A DNA stretch of 62,598 bases, counting the filler, from a bacterium (GTDB lineage Bacteria; UBP15; UBA6099; JAJRTR01), in assembly GCA_024278215.1 (NCBI GenBank). It is 7 parts of 7 records of this genome, joined end to end, with 100 filler letters (N's around TTAATTAATTAA, not from the genome) between each part and the next. Parts side by side here need not be neighbours in the genome. Positions count along the whole stretch, not along the records: positions 14,943 to 28,941 come from JAJRTR010000065.1; positions 29,042 to 37,208 come from JAJRTR010000066.1; 5 more parts are not named here. The stretch is one strand, 5' to 3'. How positions within the stretch are numbered: position 1 is the stretch's first letter; the number at the start of each line of letters is the position of its first letter. The position numbers and the translations under genes were made by a program. This document shows positions 20,075 through 29,397 of this stretch, in pieces. Below the pieces are notes generated by a model. It did no database searches. It was given only the letters and a program-made list of their open reading frames with translations, and was not told the DNA's origin.

Positions 20075-20279
20075 CCGGATTTCTCGCGAAGAAATCCGGA
20101 ATAGCGCGATAACGCCTGTTCTACCGCGATGCAGCGGCGATTCGGGGTCGGTCCCATACCAGCATTTTGCGCAAGAGGCCAGCTGGCTGGCTACTCCCTC
20201 ACCACTCACTTGCCGCGCCTTGTTATTATTACGGGCATTCTCATGATTTTTGGCCCGCATTGGAGAAATATGCGGGCTA
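20075..20279. repeat. Repeat/MITE family D
   Basis: CCGGATTTCTC..GAAATCCGG...CCCGCATT.GAAATATGCGGG; homolog at 31197-31378, fragments near 3100, 37500, 50619, 53535. Confidence 0.75.
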
Positions 20280-20475
20280 TGTAGAGTTTTCCACAAAACC
20301 ACCGGCCGACAATCCTTTGAAATTGCCGGGAAACGGTGAGTATTGCGGTAAACCCGGCTCGATAGCTATGAGTTTTCTGTGCACACCGAAGCTTTTATGG
20401 TGAACGCGGAGCCCCGGAACGATGAAAAAACACGGAAAAGAAAAACAAACACTGTAATATAAGGAGAGTTTCACT

Positions 20476-20937
20476 ATGGCTTATGGAACGGAAAACGGAG
20501 TAAGCAACAACCTGTCGGACTATGCCGATCTCAACGACGCCGGCGCCATCAGCGCGGCGATGGTGTCCGAATGCAGGACATCGGCAGACGGCATTATCGA
20601 TGCAAAAATCGCGTCTGTCGTGTCGGCGACAACATTGCCGCTGGCATCGCCTCCGGCGGTCGTCGACAATATCTCGGACGATCTCACAACCTATTTCATC
20701 CTGCGGCGCGTCTTCACAGGCAAAGACCCGAACGACTCGGAATGGGTCGACAAGTTCTACGAACGCCCGCTCGAACTCCTCGAGTCGCTTCTTGAAAACC
20801 CGCAGATTATCGAAGACGCGCAGGGCGACGCGCCTCTCGACGACAATGTCGCATCCACCACCGAAGAGCAGGACCGTGTTTTTTCCGTCACCCGAACCGC
20901 CGCCGGCTCCGACTCCGGCACAATGGACGACTGGTGA
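20476..20937 (+). CDS. Head-tail adaptor (DUF1320/Mu gp36-like)
   Basis: MAYGT start; ADGIIDAKI..LPL..PP.VV..IS.DL..Y pattern; position after the capsid gene. Confidence 0.7.
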   Translation: MAYGTENGVSNNLSDYADLNDAGAISAAMVSECRTSADGIIDAKIASVVSATTLPLASPPAVVDNISDDLTTYFILRRVFTGKDPNDSEWVDKFYERPLELLESLLENPQIIEDAQGDAPLDDNVASTTEEQDRVFSVTRTAAGSDSGTMDDW

Positions 20938-21166
20938 GTGGCAACCGCATCAAAGGAGAGAAAAGCTCGCGTTATGTGCTTTTCTCCCTTTGTGCGTACC
21001 GGCGGGTGTATTGATGTGCCGTGGTGAGAGTACTTATGCGATTTGCGCATAAGCAATACAGATGCCTAAAAGCAGCTATGAGGCAACATGACTACTTGAC
21101 TGTCGGAGACATCGAAATGTAATTATTGAACTATTCGGCTCTTCGCTGAATCATGTGGGGAAGCTG

Positions 21167-21292
21167 CAATACCGTTTACTTAATGCTTTTTACGACAGGC
21201 GAGACGCCTGTCGTACCTGCCACGATGCTGTGAGATACAGTAGCACTGGCGTCTCGCCTGTGGCTGGGCATGACCTTAAGTAAACGGTATTG
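21167..21292. mobile_element. MITE family E containing a REP-like inverted pair
   Basis: 17-bp perfect TIR CAATACCGTTTACTTAA / TTAAGTAAACGGTATTG; internal ACAGGCGAGACGCC inverted pair. Confidence 0.75.
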
Positions 21293-21529
21293 GGGTAAGC
21301 TGAGTTTTCACTCGTTCCGGGGCTCCGACCCGGAACGCAGGGACTGAACGCTCCGGGTTCACCTTACCATCTGCATCTGCCTGGCGACAACATATTGTCG
21401 CCCGTGGCGCAATAAAGGCCAAGGCCCGGCATTGCGCTCAGAACCGCGCATAGCATTTTCACGAAATTCCGCATAACAATTTCACAACATTCTCAACAAC
21501 AACAACAAATCACACCACGGAGGTGCAAT

Positions 21530-22522
21530 ATGTCTATTGGTTTTCTCGGACATCTTGGATTGACACAGGAAAGCGAATTCGGAGAAGTGGCGTCGCCGCC
21601 CGCCGTGTTCGCGCAGATCGAAAACGAGTCCATCAGCATGGACAACAATCTCATACGGCCCGCCGCTATAAACGGCAGGCGATACAATAGCTGGTCTGTG
21701 CCCGGCAAAATATCCGCAGGCGGCGGCATCGGCGCGTTCATGCTGCCCGAGGGCGCGGTGCCGTGGTTTCTCAAAGGACTCTGGGGACAGGTGAGCAGCG
21801 CGCAGGCCGCCGCGGGTGTCTACGACCACACTTTCTCACCCGCACACACAGCCTCATTGCCGAGCTTCAGTCTGCAGGTCGATAACGGCGACGCCTGCCA
21901 GACCTGGACCGGCTGCACCGTCGGTGGCGCGTCCATTTTCATCGCGCGGAACGGCTCCCTCGGACTCGACCTCGACATCACCGCACAGCGGCCAGTCGAG
22001 TCGCAGTCGGCCACGCCGTCTTTCGCAGTTGTCGAGCCATGGAACGCGCGAAACGTCGAATTTACCCTCAACGGAGCGGCAAACCTTGACTTTGTAAAGT
22101 TCTCGCTGAAAATAACGAACAAAGTCGAGCCCCTCTGGACACTGAACGGCAAGCGCTACTGCCGCCGCCACGTCACACGCGGCTTCGAGATCGAGGGGAG
22201 CATCAAACTGCAGTTCAGCTCCGAAGAACAGCGCCGCCGCCTCTGGGGTTCTGTCTCCGCCACCGAGCCGCAGGGCGTCATACTGCCCGGCAGCCTCACA
22301 GTGACCGCCGTCCACGACACAGAAATAGCACCCGGCTACAACTACTCGCTCACACTCGAACTGCCTCGCATCTACTACATGGCCGCGCCCGCGACGATCA
22401 GCGGCATGTCAGAAGTAATCACGCAGACCATCGCCTTCATCGCCGCCTGCGACTCCGCACAGGACAAGTTCGCGGAAATGAAACTCCGCAACTCCGTCTC
22501 TGAATATCCAGGTCCTGACTGA
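21530..22522 (+). CDS. Phage tail tube (major tail) protein
   Basis: LGLTQESEFG start, VYDHTF, LPSFSLQ, WTGCTV, FSLKITN, IEGSI, MKLRN..Y end; 330 aa. Confidence 0.8.
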   Translation: MSIGFLGHLGLTQESEFGEVASPPAVFAQIENESISMDNNLIRPAAINGRRYNSWSVPGKISAGGGIGAFMLPEGAVPWFLKGLWGQVSSAQAAAGVYDHTFSPAHTASLPSFSLQVDNGDACQTWTGCTVGGASIFIARNGSLGLDLDITAQRPVESQSATPSFAVVEPWNARNVEFTLNGAANLDFVKFSLKITNKVEPLWTLNGKRYCRRHVTRGFEIEGSIKLQFSSEEQRRRLWGSVSATEPQGVILPGSLTVTAVHDTEIAPGYNYSLTLELPRIYYMAAPATISGMSEVITQTIAFIAACDSAQDKFAEMKLRNSVSEYPGPD

Positions 22523-22567
22523 CCACCCTGAAATACATGTAAACTTCATCATCAAGGAGGGAAAAAC

Positions 22568-23041
22568 ATGAATCCCGATATAAAAGACATTTCACTCGAA
22601 ATATACAATACTCTGAAAAACGACGGAACACTCTCCGCCTACGTCAGGCACTATGACAGGAGTATCAGCAATGTATCCAGAAAGCAGTTTCCTTATATTG
22701 CTGTCGGCAAGGTGTCATGCACGATAGAGCCGCTTACAGCAGGGCGTCACGGATACATAAATAAGCATTATTCAATAAACGTGATCGGCGGAACATACAG
22801 TCTTGTGCCCGAAATAGCCTACGCCGGCAAGGAAGACGGCAGCAAGAACGGCGTCCTGCAGCTAAGCGCCGACATCGTCTCTGCTCTCTATCCCGGTACG
22901 ATAAACGACACCTTCGACCATTGCATCGACATCAGCGATGTGTCCATCGCCACCGACGAAAGCACTGCCGGCAACCACTGGCATTCTCTCATCACAATAA
23001 AAGGCGTTCGCCGCGAGATGAGCAGCAGAAATACAGCATAA
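22568..23041 (+). CDS. Tail terminator/completion-like protein, paralog 1
   Basis: L.ND.TLSAYV, FPYIAV, GVLQL..DIV; paralogous to 24800 and 25398. Confidence 0.6.
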   Translation: MNPDIKDISLEIYNTLKNDGTLSAYVRHYDRSISNVSRKQFPYIAVGKVSCTIEPLTAGRHGYINKHYSINVIGGTYSLVPEIAYAGKEDGSKNGVLQLSADIVSALYPGTINDTFDHCIDISDVSIATDESTAGNHWHSLITIKGVRREMSSRNTA

Positions 23042-23178
23042 AAACAGTGTGTTGCTGATACGCAAAACAAACCTCAATAATTCCCATAACGGCATCGCAT
23101 ATAATGAATGTTTTGGAAACTGGATTTAGCACTTGAAACACTACACAAACGGGGATAAAATGAAAAGAGAGAAACGAT

Positions 23179-24000
23179 ATGTCAAACGCACCGATAAGCA
23201 ATGATGACTTAATGCGGCAATTTGAAAACGAAATGCACGAACTGTTTCTGCTGCCTGCCGAAATATGGCAGAATATCGCTAAAAACATTCTGGACAAGCT
23301 TGATATGATGCGGAAAAGAGTGCAGGAGAAGATTGATAGATTCGAGAACGACTCTGCATATCGGGAAGAGTGGCGAAAATGGTTGGGTCAGCCCAGCATC
23401 CCGCAGGTCACCCTGCCGCCCAGGCCGACAACAGAACTTGTCGAAGAAGGCTGGGAATATGTTAATATCTTCTTCTCTGACACTGATAAAGGCAGACTCT
23501 ACAGAGATACAGCAGTGTTGCTGGATACTATTCCATTACCTGCATACGGATATCTTACACCCATAGGTATATTGCTTGATATTGCAGCATTTGCAGGTTC
23601 AGCTACTGATATTTATTATAGTGATGCGAGTAGAGGAAGGAAATTTGGTGCTGAAATAGTGGCCTTTATCGGGTTAAGCGGAATCCCATTAAATACCGGC
23701 AGCTTTTTTATAGATATCAAAACTAACAGTCTTGCTCCTATCATTATCTCTGATGTGAAAATAAGCGATTTTACGACAAAAGATGGGTGGAACAAAATAG
23801 CACACACAAATCCATATATCAACCTTGGCTTTTACCATGCGGTAACAAAAGGGACGGATAAAGGAAGCAAATATCCGCCGGATATCAACTATGTCGATTA
23901 CATTGTTGAGCGCATCCCGTCTAAGCAGAAGATTGAGAGTTATCTTTGGTATATGCTGATTGATAAAACCCCGAAATCTGAAAAGAGGGCGAAAAAATGA
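23179..24000 (+). CDS. Putative toxin/effector (helical N-terminus, hydrophobic hairpin, AT-rich 3' half)
   Basis: GC drops within the gene; ATGA overlap with a small membrane-protein gene. Confidence 0.45.
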   Translation: MSNAPISNDDLMRQFENEMHELFLLPAEIWQNIAKNILDKLDMMRKRVQEKIDRFENDSAYREEWRKWLGQPSIPQVTLPPRPTTELVEEGWEYVNIFFSDTDKGRLYRDTAVLLDTIPLPAYGYLTPIGILLDIAAFAGSATDIYYSDASRGRKFGAEIVAFIGLSGIPLNTGSFFIDIKTNSLAPIIISDVKISDFTTKDGWNKIAHTNPYINLGFYHAVTKGTDKGSKYPPDINYVDYIVERIPSKQKIESYLWYMLIDKTPKSEKRAKK

Positions 24001-24431
24001 CGTGGTATATGAAGTATTTGGTTTCCATAGCTGTTTGCCTTATATCTGTTACGAGTATTGCTGCAATAGCTTCGGAATTAGGATATATTAGCGAAAATAT
24101 ATTTGATGTTTTATTGATGATAGCTCCCGTTATCAGCAGCCCCATTATTATAATTGCTCCGATCCGTGTTTTTTACTCTTTAGATTATTTAGAAAGAAAG
24201 AACGTGGTTAGAATCTATTATATGAATATTATGAAAAAAAGAATACGCCTTAATTGGAGATATAAATACATATCGTTTATAAAATTTATTTATTCTGTTG
24301 ATGCGCTGGAAAACAAGTCTGCCGAAAATCTCCGTAGTGACTGTCGTTCATGTTTTTCTTTTATTATTTACTATTTCGTCATCACAGTATTGACTTGTAT
24401 GATATTATTTATGTTGGAAAAATATCTCTGA
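23997..24431 (+). CDS. Small membrane protein, putative immunity protein
   Basis: About 3 TM helices, very AT-rich, translationally coupled to the upstream gene. Confidence 0.5.
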   Translation: MTWYMKYLVSIAVCLISVTSIAAIASELGYISENIFDVLLMIAPVISSPIIIIAPIRVFYSLDYLERKNVVRIYYMNIMKKRIRLNWRYKYISFIKFIYSVDALENKSAENLRSDCRSCFSFIIYYFVITVLTCMILFMLEKYL

Positions 24432-24530
24432 ATTAAGTTGTTTCCTATCAACAACTGTATATTAAAGGATGGACTGGGGTCAGGTCTGGATATTGGACAT
24501 AAGGGAGAAATTCAGTTGACAAACAGTAAT

Positions 24531-24709
24531 GAGCCAATTGCAAAATTCTGATTCGGCGGCGGTCGACTGCAATTGTCCATAGCTGCGTTGTCGGCACAAA
24601 ATCATCCTCAACGTACTCGGCGAGTACGCCTGCGGTGATTTTGCGCCTCCGCTTTGCTTCTGAATGATTTCGTTCGTTCTCGCTTCGAACATGATTTTGC
24701 AATTGGCTC
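24531..24709 (-). mobile_element. MITE family A
   Basis: Full-length copy with both TIRs. Confidence 0.85.
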
Positions 24710-24799
24710 GTCATCGTTGCGGATTTCCGGTTCGCAGCGGTAACGCGGTTTTTTACAAAACAATTCACAACAACCATTGATAAGAAATGGAGTAAACAC

Positions 24800-25246
24800 A
24801 TGCCTTCAGAAGATAAAAACATCATCTATGCAATTCTTGATTCACTACAGAACGACCCGCAGCTTTCTTCATACATCAAGAAATATTCCGCCGGAACATC
24901 GGAAATATCACGGAAGTTGTTCCCATACATAAACGTCGGCGGACTTCAATGCGAAGTGTCTGAAAAAACGCTCGGCAGAAGAGGCTACGACAGATACGAG
25001 TACCGTTTTGAAATAATCGCCGGCACGAAAAGCCTTGTAGACGAAAAAGCCTTTTCAGGCGACAACGGCATACTCCAGATTTGCGACGACATCGTGAATG
25101 TCATACGTCCCAACGACTTCGGCATCTTCGACTTCCCTGTGAGGATTCTCAACATCTTGCCTTTCTATAAGATCAGCAACGGCGGCACCGACTGGACCGC
25201 GCAAATACTCATCCACGGCGTGAGAACTGTTCAGCGCAATGATTGA
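24800..25246 (+). CDS. Tail terminator/completion-like protein, paralog 2
   Basis: LQNDPQLSSYI, ISRKLFPYINV, AGTKSLV, GILQICDDIV. Confidence 0.6.
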   Translation: MPSEDKNIIYAILDSLQNDPQLSSYIKKYSAGTSEISRKLFPYINVGGLQCEVSEKTLGRRGYDRYEYRFEIIAGTKSLVDEKAFSGDNGILQICDDIVNVIRPNDFGIFDFPVRILNILPFYKISNGGTDWTAQILIHGVRTVQRND

Positions 25247-25397
25247 AGAATAAGAAAAAGCCCGTAATGCTCATCATCCTTCCCACTGTCACAGGCGGGA
25301 ACGCATAAGACTGTCGCAGCGCTCCCGGAGTTCACCTGGATAACGCATGATAATGAGAACTACGGCTTTCACCAAAACCCCGAAAGGAAACAACAAC

Positions 25398-25847
25398 ATG
25401 GCAAGCTCAATGAGAGAAACAGCGAACATAATAAAAGAGGAACTCGAGAACGACCCGACCCTGGCATCCTATGTAAAATCATTCAAGGCCGGCGACCTCC
25501 GAATATCACGCATGATCTACCCTTATGTCAGCGTAGCCAACATCAGCCTCGGCATAGCGCCCCACGACACCGCGCGCGACATCCACACGTACAGCATCCA
25601 GATCATGGCAGGCACCCGCAGCCTCGTCCCAGGCCGCGCATTCGAGGGCAGCGAACAAAGCGGAGCCAGAGGCATCGTCCAGCTCTGCGAAGACATCGTC
25701 GCTGTCGTGCGCGACAACACATTCGGCGGCATCTTCTTCGCGCCGCCGGCGAATATCACTTGCAAACTCTATGAAAACAAAAACTCCGGCGGTATCGCAT
25801 GGAACGCCGGCGTTGCTTTCGCAGCGTTTAAGTTCGTTTCCAGATAG
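25398..25847 (+). CDS. Tail terminator/completion-like protein, paralog 3
   Basis: LENDPTLASYV, ISRMIYPYVSV, AGTRSLV, GIVQLCEDIV. Confidence 0.6.
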   Translation: MASSMRETANIIKEELENDPTLASYVKSFKAGDLRISRMIYPYVSVANISLGIAPHDTARDIHTYSIQIMAGTRSLVPGRAFEGSEQSGARGIVQLCEDIVAVVRDNTFGGIFFAPPANITCKLYENKNSGGIAWNAGVAFAAFKFVSR

Positions 25848-25958
25848 CTGTTGTTGTATAGACTGATGACAGGTACAATGGAAAGGATTACAAAATGACA
25901 AAAGGTGAAATTAAGAGATATAAGAACATCTACATGGAAAGCATCTTTGAGGAGAAAC

Positions 25959-26288
25959 ATGAAACCGCCAATATATCATTTTATGTTGTTTTTGCCATTT
26001 ATATTTATGTTTTTGTATTCACCGATAATATTTTTTTGCAAAGCAAAGTTTTTCCAGAAACTTCACGACGAGAATCGTGTATTGCATAACTTTATTCATG
26101 AGAATTTCTGGATGCTTGGCTTGAGGCGAACAGCAATTGTCTGGTGCCCTACGCTGATATATGGAAGAGAACTGACCAGCAGCTGGTCTGAAGATATTGT
26201 CGAACTGCATCGCAGTCTGAGAATCAGAATTTTTATAGGTCTTTTTATCTTTATCATACTGCATTTTGTGAGCAGACTATTTATATGA
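25959..26288 (+). CDS. Small membrane protein (orphan immunity-like)
   Basis: GAGGAG RBS, hydrophobic N- and C-terminal segments, AT-rich. Confidence 0.5.
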   Translation: MKPPIYHFMLFLPFIFMFLYSPIIFFCKAKFFQKLHDENRVLHNFIHENFWMLGLRRTAIVWCPTLIYGRELTSSWSEDIVELHRSLRIRIFIGLFIFIILHFVSRLFI

Positions 26289-26376
26289 AAACAAATGTTC
26301 GCATACGAACTCCGAACCGGTGCAGCCGGAACCCGAAAGGCCGGAGGTCGGAGTCAGTCAATGAACAATCAACCAT

Positions 26377-26814
26377 ATGGCGCGACACGAAACCAGAAAG
26401 ATATTTGTTGCCAGAGAAAACATGAGGAATAAACATGTATGGACGTTGCACGAAAAAAACATGTGGCGGGTTATGTATGTCGACACAAATTATTTTCTCG
26501 TGTTTTTTGCGCAGATTGCAGTTTTTGGAGAGGTCGAGGTTTTAGTTCCCGGAATAACCGGTTTTATTTTGTTCATACTGTTTCTTTCGACCGGTCATTT
26601 TAGCTGGGTTTATATTTATAAGGCAAATAAGAAGGTAAAAGAGCAGGGAATTGACGTTTCGGATTCACAGAAGTTTTATGACTGGCTGGTAGAAAACGAC
26701 TATCCGCAAGGATATGGTTATGTGCTTCTGGGAATGTACATATTGTCTGTCTTTTTCGCGGTGCTGCACCTGACGCTGTTGCCGGTGTTGAATCAACTGA
26801 CTGCCGCTGGATAA
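26377..26814 (+). CDS. Small membrane protein (immunity-like family)
   Basis: W..EN.YP..Y.Y....YILSV motif shared with 27055 and the 27600 fragment. Confidence 0.55.
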   Translation: MARHETRKIFVARENMRNKHVWTLHEKNMWRVMYVDTNYFLVFFAQIAVFGEVEVLVPGITGFILFILFLSTGHFSWVYIYKANKKVKEQGIDVSDSQKFYDWLVENDYPQGYGYVLLGMYILSVFFAVLHLTLLPVLNQLTAAG

Positions 26815-26826
26815 GCATCGCAATAA

Positions 26827-26982
26827 CAAAACGCAGCCGTCATCAGTATTGAAGAAGGCCATTTCCCGGCTGTGTATGACGAGATCGAAAGAAAAGCGAA
26901 CAGTTTCGTAGAGCGTTTTGCGTTAGGGATTGTCAGCGATCCATACTTTCGGTCGATAAGGAGTTTTATCCCTTCAATATAG
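26827..26982 (+). pseudogene. Orphan C-terminal fragment, possibly of a metallopeptidase toxin
   Basis: Start-less open frame ...PAVYDEIERKANSFVERF...PSI* with an E..A..F motif, directly before an immunity-like gene. Confidence 0.35.
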
Positions 26983-27054
26983 GATATGGTGCTTTTTTCG
27001 CTACTTTAACCATTTCGCCCCACAGATTCCGCAGGGGAAACCAGGATATTAACC

Positions 27055-27507
27055 ATGTCATTCTTTTTTACTACCGTTTTTATTATTATGAATTACTTTT
27101 TCTCGCGCGATATAATAAGGCTGTCGAGAAGGAGCACTTTATTTCAGACCCTTTTAGAAACAGGTAGTTATGCAGGGCTGAATGCCGTTGTTATGTATTT
27201 GGCTGCCACCCTGATTAGAAGAGAGTTTATTGGTATCGGAGTAGGAGTACAGGGAATCATACTTTTTTGTATCTTTGTCTACAGTTGTTATATCAATATC
27301 TACATTCGTAAAAAGGCTTTTATTATGACAAAAGACATGCGTTTTCCGAGTAATGACGAGGCTGCGGAATGGATATCAGACAATATATCTCTCGGTCATC
27401 ACAAATACACAATACCTGCGTCATATATCCTCTCGGTTTTATGCGGTATGTTCCATCTTCTGTTGATGCTTCTGCTTGACATGAAAGTAATTGTTATTGT
27501 GCAATGA
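27055..27507 (+). CDS. Membrane protein (immunity-like family)
   Basis: About 4 TM helices; EWISDN...YILSVL paralog of 26377. Confidence 0.55.
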   Translation: MSFFFTTVFIIMNYFFSRDIIRLSRRSTLFQTLLETGSYAGLNAVVMYLAATLIRREFIGIGVGVQGIILFCIFVYSCYINIYIRKKAFIMTKDMRFPSNDEAAEWISDNISLGHHKYTIPASYILSVLCGMFHLLLMLLLDMKVIVIVQ

Positions 27508-27599
27508 AAATAGGGGCTGAAAAGGGCCAATAATAAATACGCTTATGAGCCAATTGCAAAATTATGATGATTCTATATGACGCAATTACACGACATCCA

Positions 27600-27758
27600 G
27601 CTCTGCGAAGACGATATCCTCAGGTGTTATATAGTTGGCTGATCGAGAATGATTACCCTGAAGTATATAGATATGTACTTCTTGGAACGTACATATTATC
27701 TGTTTTGGCTGCTGGAATATACTTGATATTACTATCACTGTTAAACTTGTTGAATTAG
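27600..27758 (+). pseudogene. 3' fragment of an immunity-like paralog
   Basis: LYSWLIENDYPEVYRYVLLGTYILSV matches FYDWLVENDYPQGYGYVLLGMYILSV; a MITE-A end lies at about 27547. Confidence 0.65.
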
Positions 27759-27829
27759 CCCATATTTCTCTGTGAGAAATCCATCTTAGCAACAACAAGT
27801 ATGTAATTCCGGTGCAATAAAGGGCCAAC

Positions 27830-28217
27830 GCCCGGCAAAATATCAGCAGGCGGCGGCATCGGTGCGTTCCTGCTGCCCGAGGGTGCTGTGCCGTGGTTTC
27901 TCAAAGGACTCTGGGGACAGGTGAGCCGCGCGCAGGCCGGCGCGGGCGTCTACGACCACACTTTCTCTCCCGCACACACAGCCTTATTGCCGAGCTTCAG
28001 TCTGCATGTCGATAACGGAGACGCCTGCCAGAACTGGGCTGGCTGCACCGTCGGCGCCGCGTCCATTTTCATCGCGCGGAACGGCTCCCTCGGACTCGAC
28101 CTCGACATCATCGCACAGCGACCGGTCGAGTCGCAGTCGGCCACGCCGTCTTTCTCCGGCGTCGATGCCTGGAACGCACGCAACGTCGAATTTACTCTCA
28201 ACGGAACGGCAAACCTT
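27830..28217 (+). pseudogene. Partial duplicate of the tail tube gene
   Basis: 388 bp, 31 mismatches by manual count (~92%) against 21700-22087. Confidence 0.93.
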
Positions 28218-28245
28218 AAATATCGGGTATAATAAAGGGAGAATC

Positions 28246-28803
28246 ATGACTGAGAAAAATAAGAAAAAGCAGAAGGATGTCTATAGGGAAAGCATTTTTG
28301 ATTATCTTGAAGCAAATTCAGAGCCGCTGATAGATCGTGAGAAGTACACGGACAGCATATTTGAAATGCTGGAGCGGGCGAACGGACCGGAAGACGAATA
28401 CAGTGATTCCATATTTGACCTGTTGGAGAAGAATTCAAGTAATGCAGGTGTTGGATATTCGCGAGATACAGTATCTATTGACTTCAAGAGCTTTGACTAC
28501 TGTGAGGGATTGGGATGTATTGAAGATTTCGTTGACATCGATATGCTGAAACAGGCTATAATGAAAAATGGAATGGAATTGCCTGCCAGAATTGTATTTA
28601 AAAGGTTTAATTTGTTATATAATAAAATGGGTATTGGTGGAACAACAAATACATCGTCACAAAATACGATTTGTATAAATATAGATTATGTTCATGAGAA
28701 AAACGAATTGATGATTGTTGAGGCGATAGCACATGAAACATGGCATCTAAGAAAGCAACCTAAAGTAATCAGGTCAATTCCCCTTATCAGGAAATCTTAT
28801 GAA
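28246..28803 (+). pseudogene. HExxH metallopeptidase (putative toxin), 5' part, IS-interrupted
   Basis: AAGGGAG RBS, AIAHETWH motif; cut at RKSYE by an IS end and continues at 49822. Confidence 0.75.
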
Positions 28804-28941
28804 CTGGACAGTACCAAGTTTACCATCAAGCTGCAAGGCGAAAGTCAGGTAATCTACCAGGGTCGGCGTTTTCGAGGATGAATAACGCAAGGTCGGCCTG
28901 ATTATCCCCGGCAAAGAGAAATTCGGGAAGTGAATGCCTCA
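28804..28941 (-). mobile_element. IS element end with transposase-like C-terminus
   Basis: 17-bp TIR CTGGACAGTACCAAGTT; minus-strand frame ends ...GRLPDFRLAA*; TSD TTATGAA at 28797-28803. Confidence 0.85.
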
Positions 28942-29041
28942 NNNNNNNNNNNNNNNNNNNNNNNNNNNNNNNNNNNNNNNNNNNNTTAATTAATTAANNN
29001 NNNNNNNNNNNNNNNNNNNNNNNNNNNNNNNNNNNNNNNNN
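28942..29041. other. Artificial contig linker
   Basis: N run with TTAATTAATTAA. Confidence 0.98.
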
Positions 29042-29245
29042 AGGCCGCGCCGCAACAAGCCGCGCTCTGATGTCGAGAAGTCGATAAGAGAGGTAGCAGC
29101 ATGGCGCGCGCGACACCTGCGCGAACGCGCCGAAAGCGCCATCTCCGCACTGCCCGCCGTAGAAGACAGCGCGCCGCCTGCCGGGGCAGCGGCCACCGAC
29201 ACGGCGCGTCTTGTTCCTTTCGGACGACAAACAAAAAACTTCTGA
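29042..29245 (+). CDS. 3' end of a gene upstream of the portal (terminase position; identity unknown)
   Basis: Open frame from the contig edge, RPRRNKP...QTKNF*; call rests on synteny only. Confidence 0.3.
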   Translation, partial: RPRRNKPRSDVEKSIREVAAWRARHLRERAESAISALPAVEDSAPPAGAAATDTARLVPFGRQTKNF

Positions 29246-29397
29246 GGATTCCGGCTCTGCCTCAGAATCTGTGAGTTTACTTCAAGCCGGTCGCAGCAGA
29301 ATCGTAATTTTCCAATCAGCTTACTTATCAAAACAAAAAACGACAGACAGGAGGCGGAGCCTTCGAGCAACCCGCTTGCAGGGCTCCCGACAAACAG

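Noticed and set aside
25895-26089. 64-aa ORF with YMESIFE resembling the peptidase leader repeat
   Set aside because: It overlaps the better-supported ORF at 25959, which has a GAGGAG RBS. The match is short and may be chance.
21700-28217. Near-identical gene segments as a DGR template/variable repeat pair
   Set aside because: Mismatches involve all four bases rather than adenines only, the segment is internal and 388 bp long, and no reverse transcriptase is present.
28006-28881. 291-aa ORF as one gene
   Set aside because: Its 5' part is an off-frame reading of the tube duplicate and its 3' end is IS sequence. The real start is 28246.
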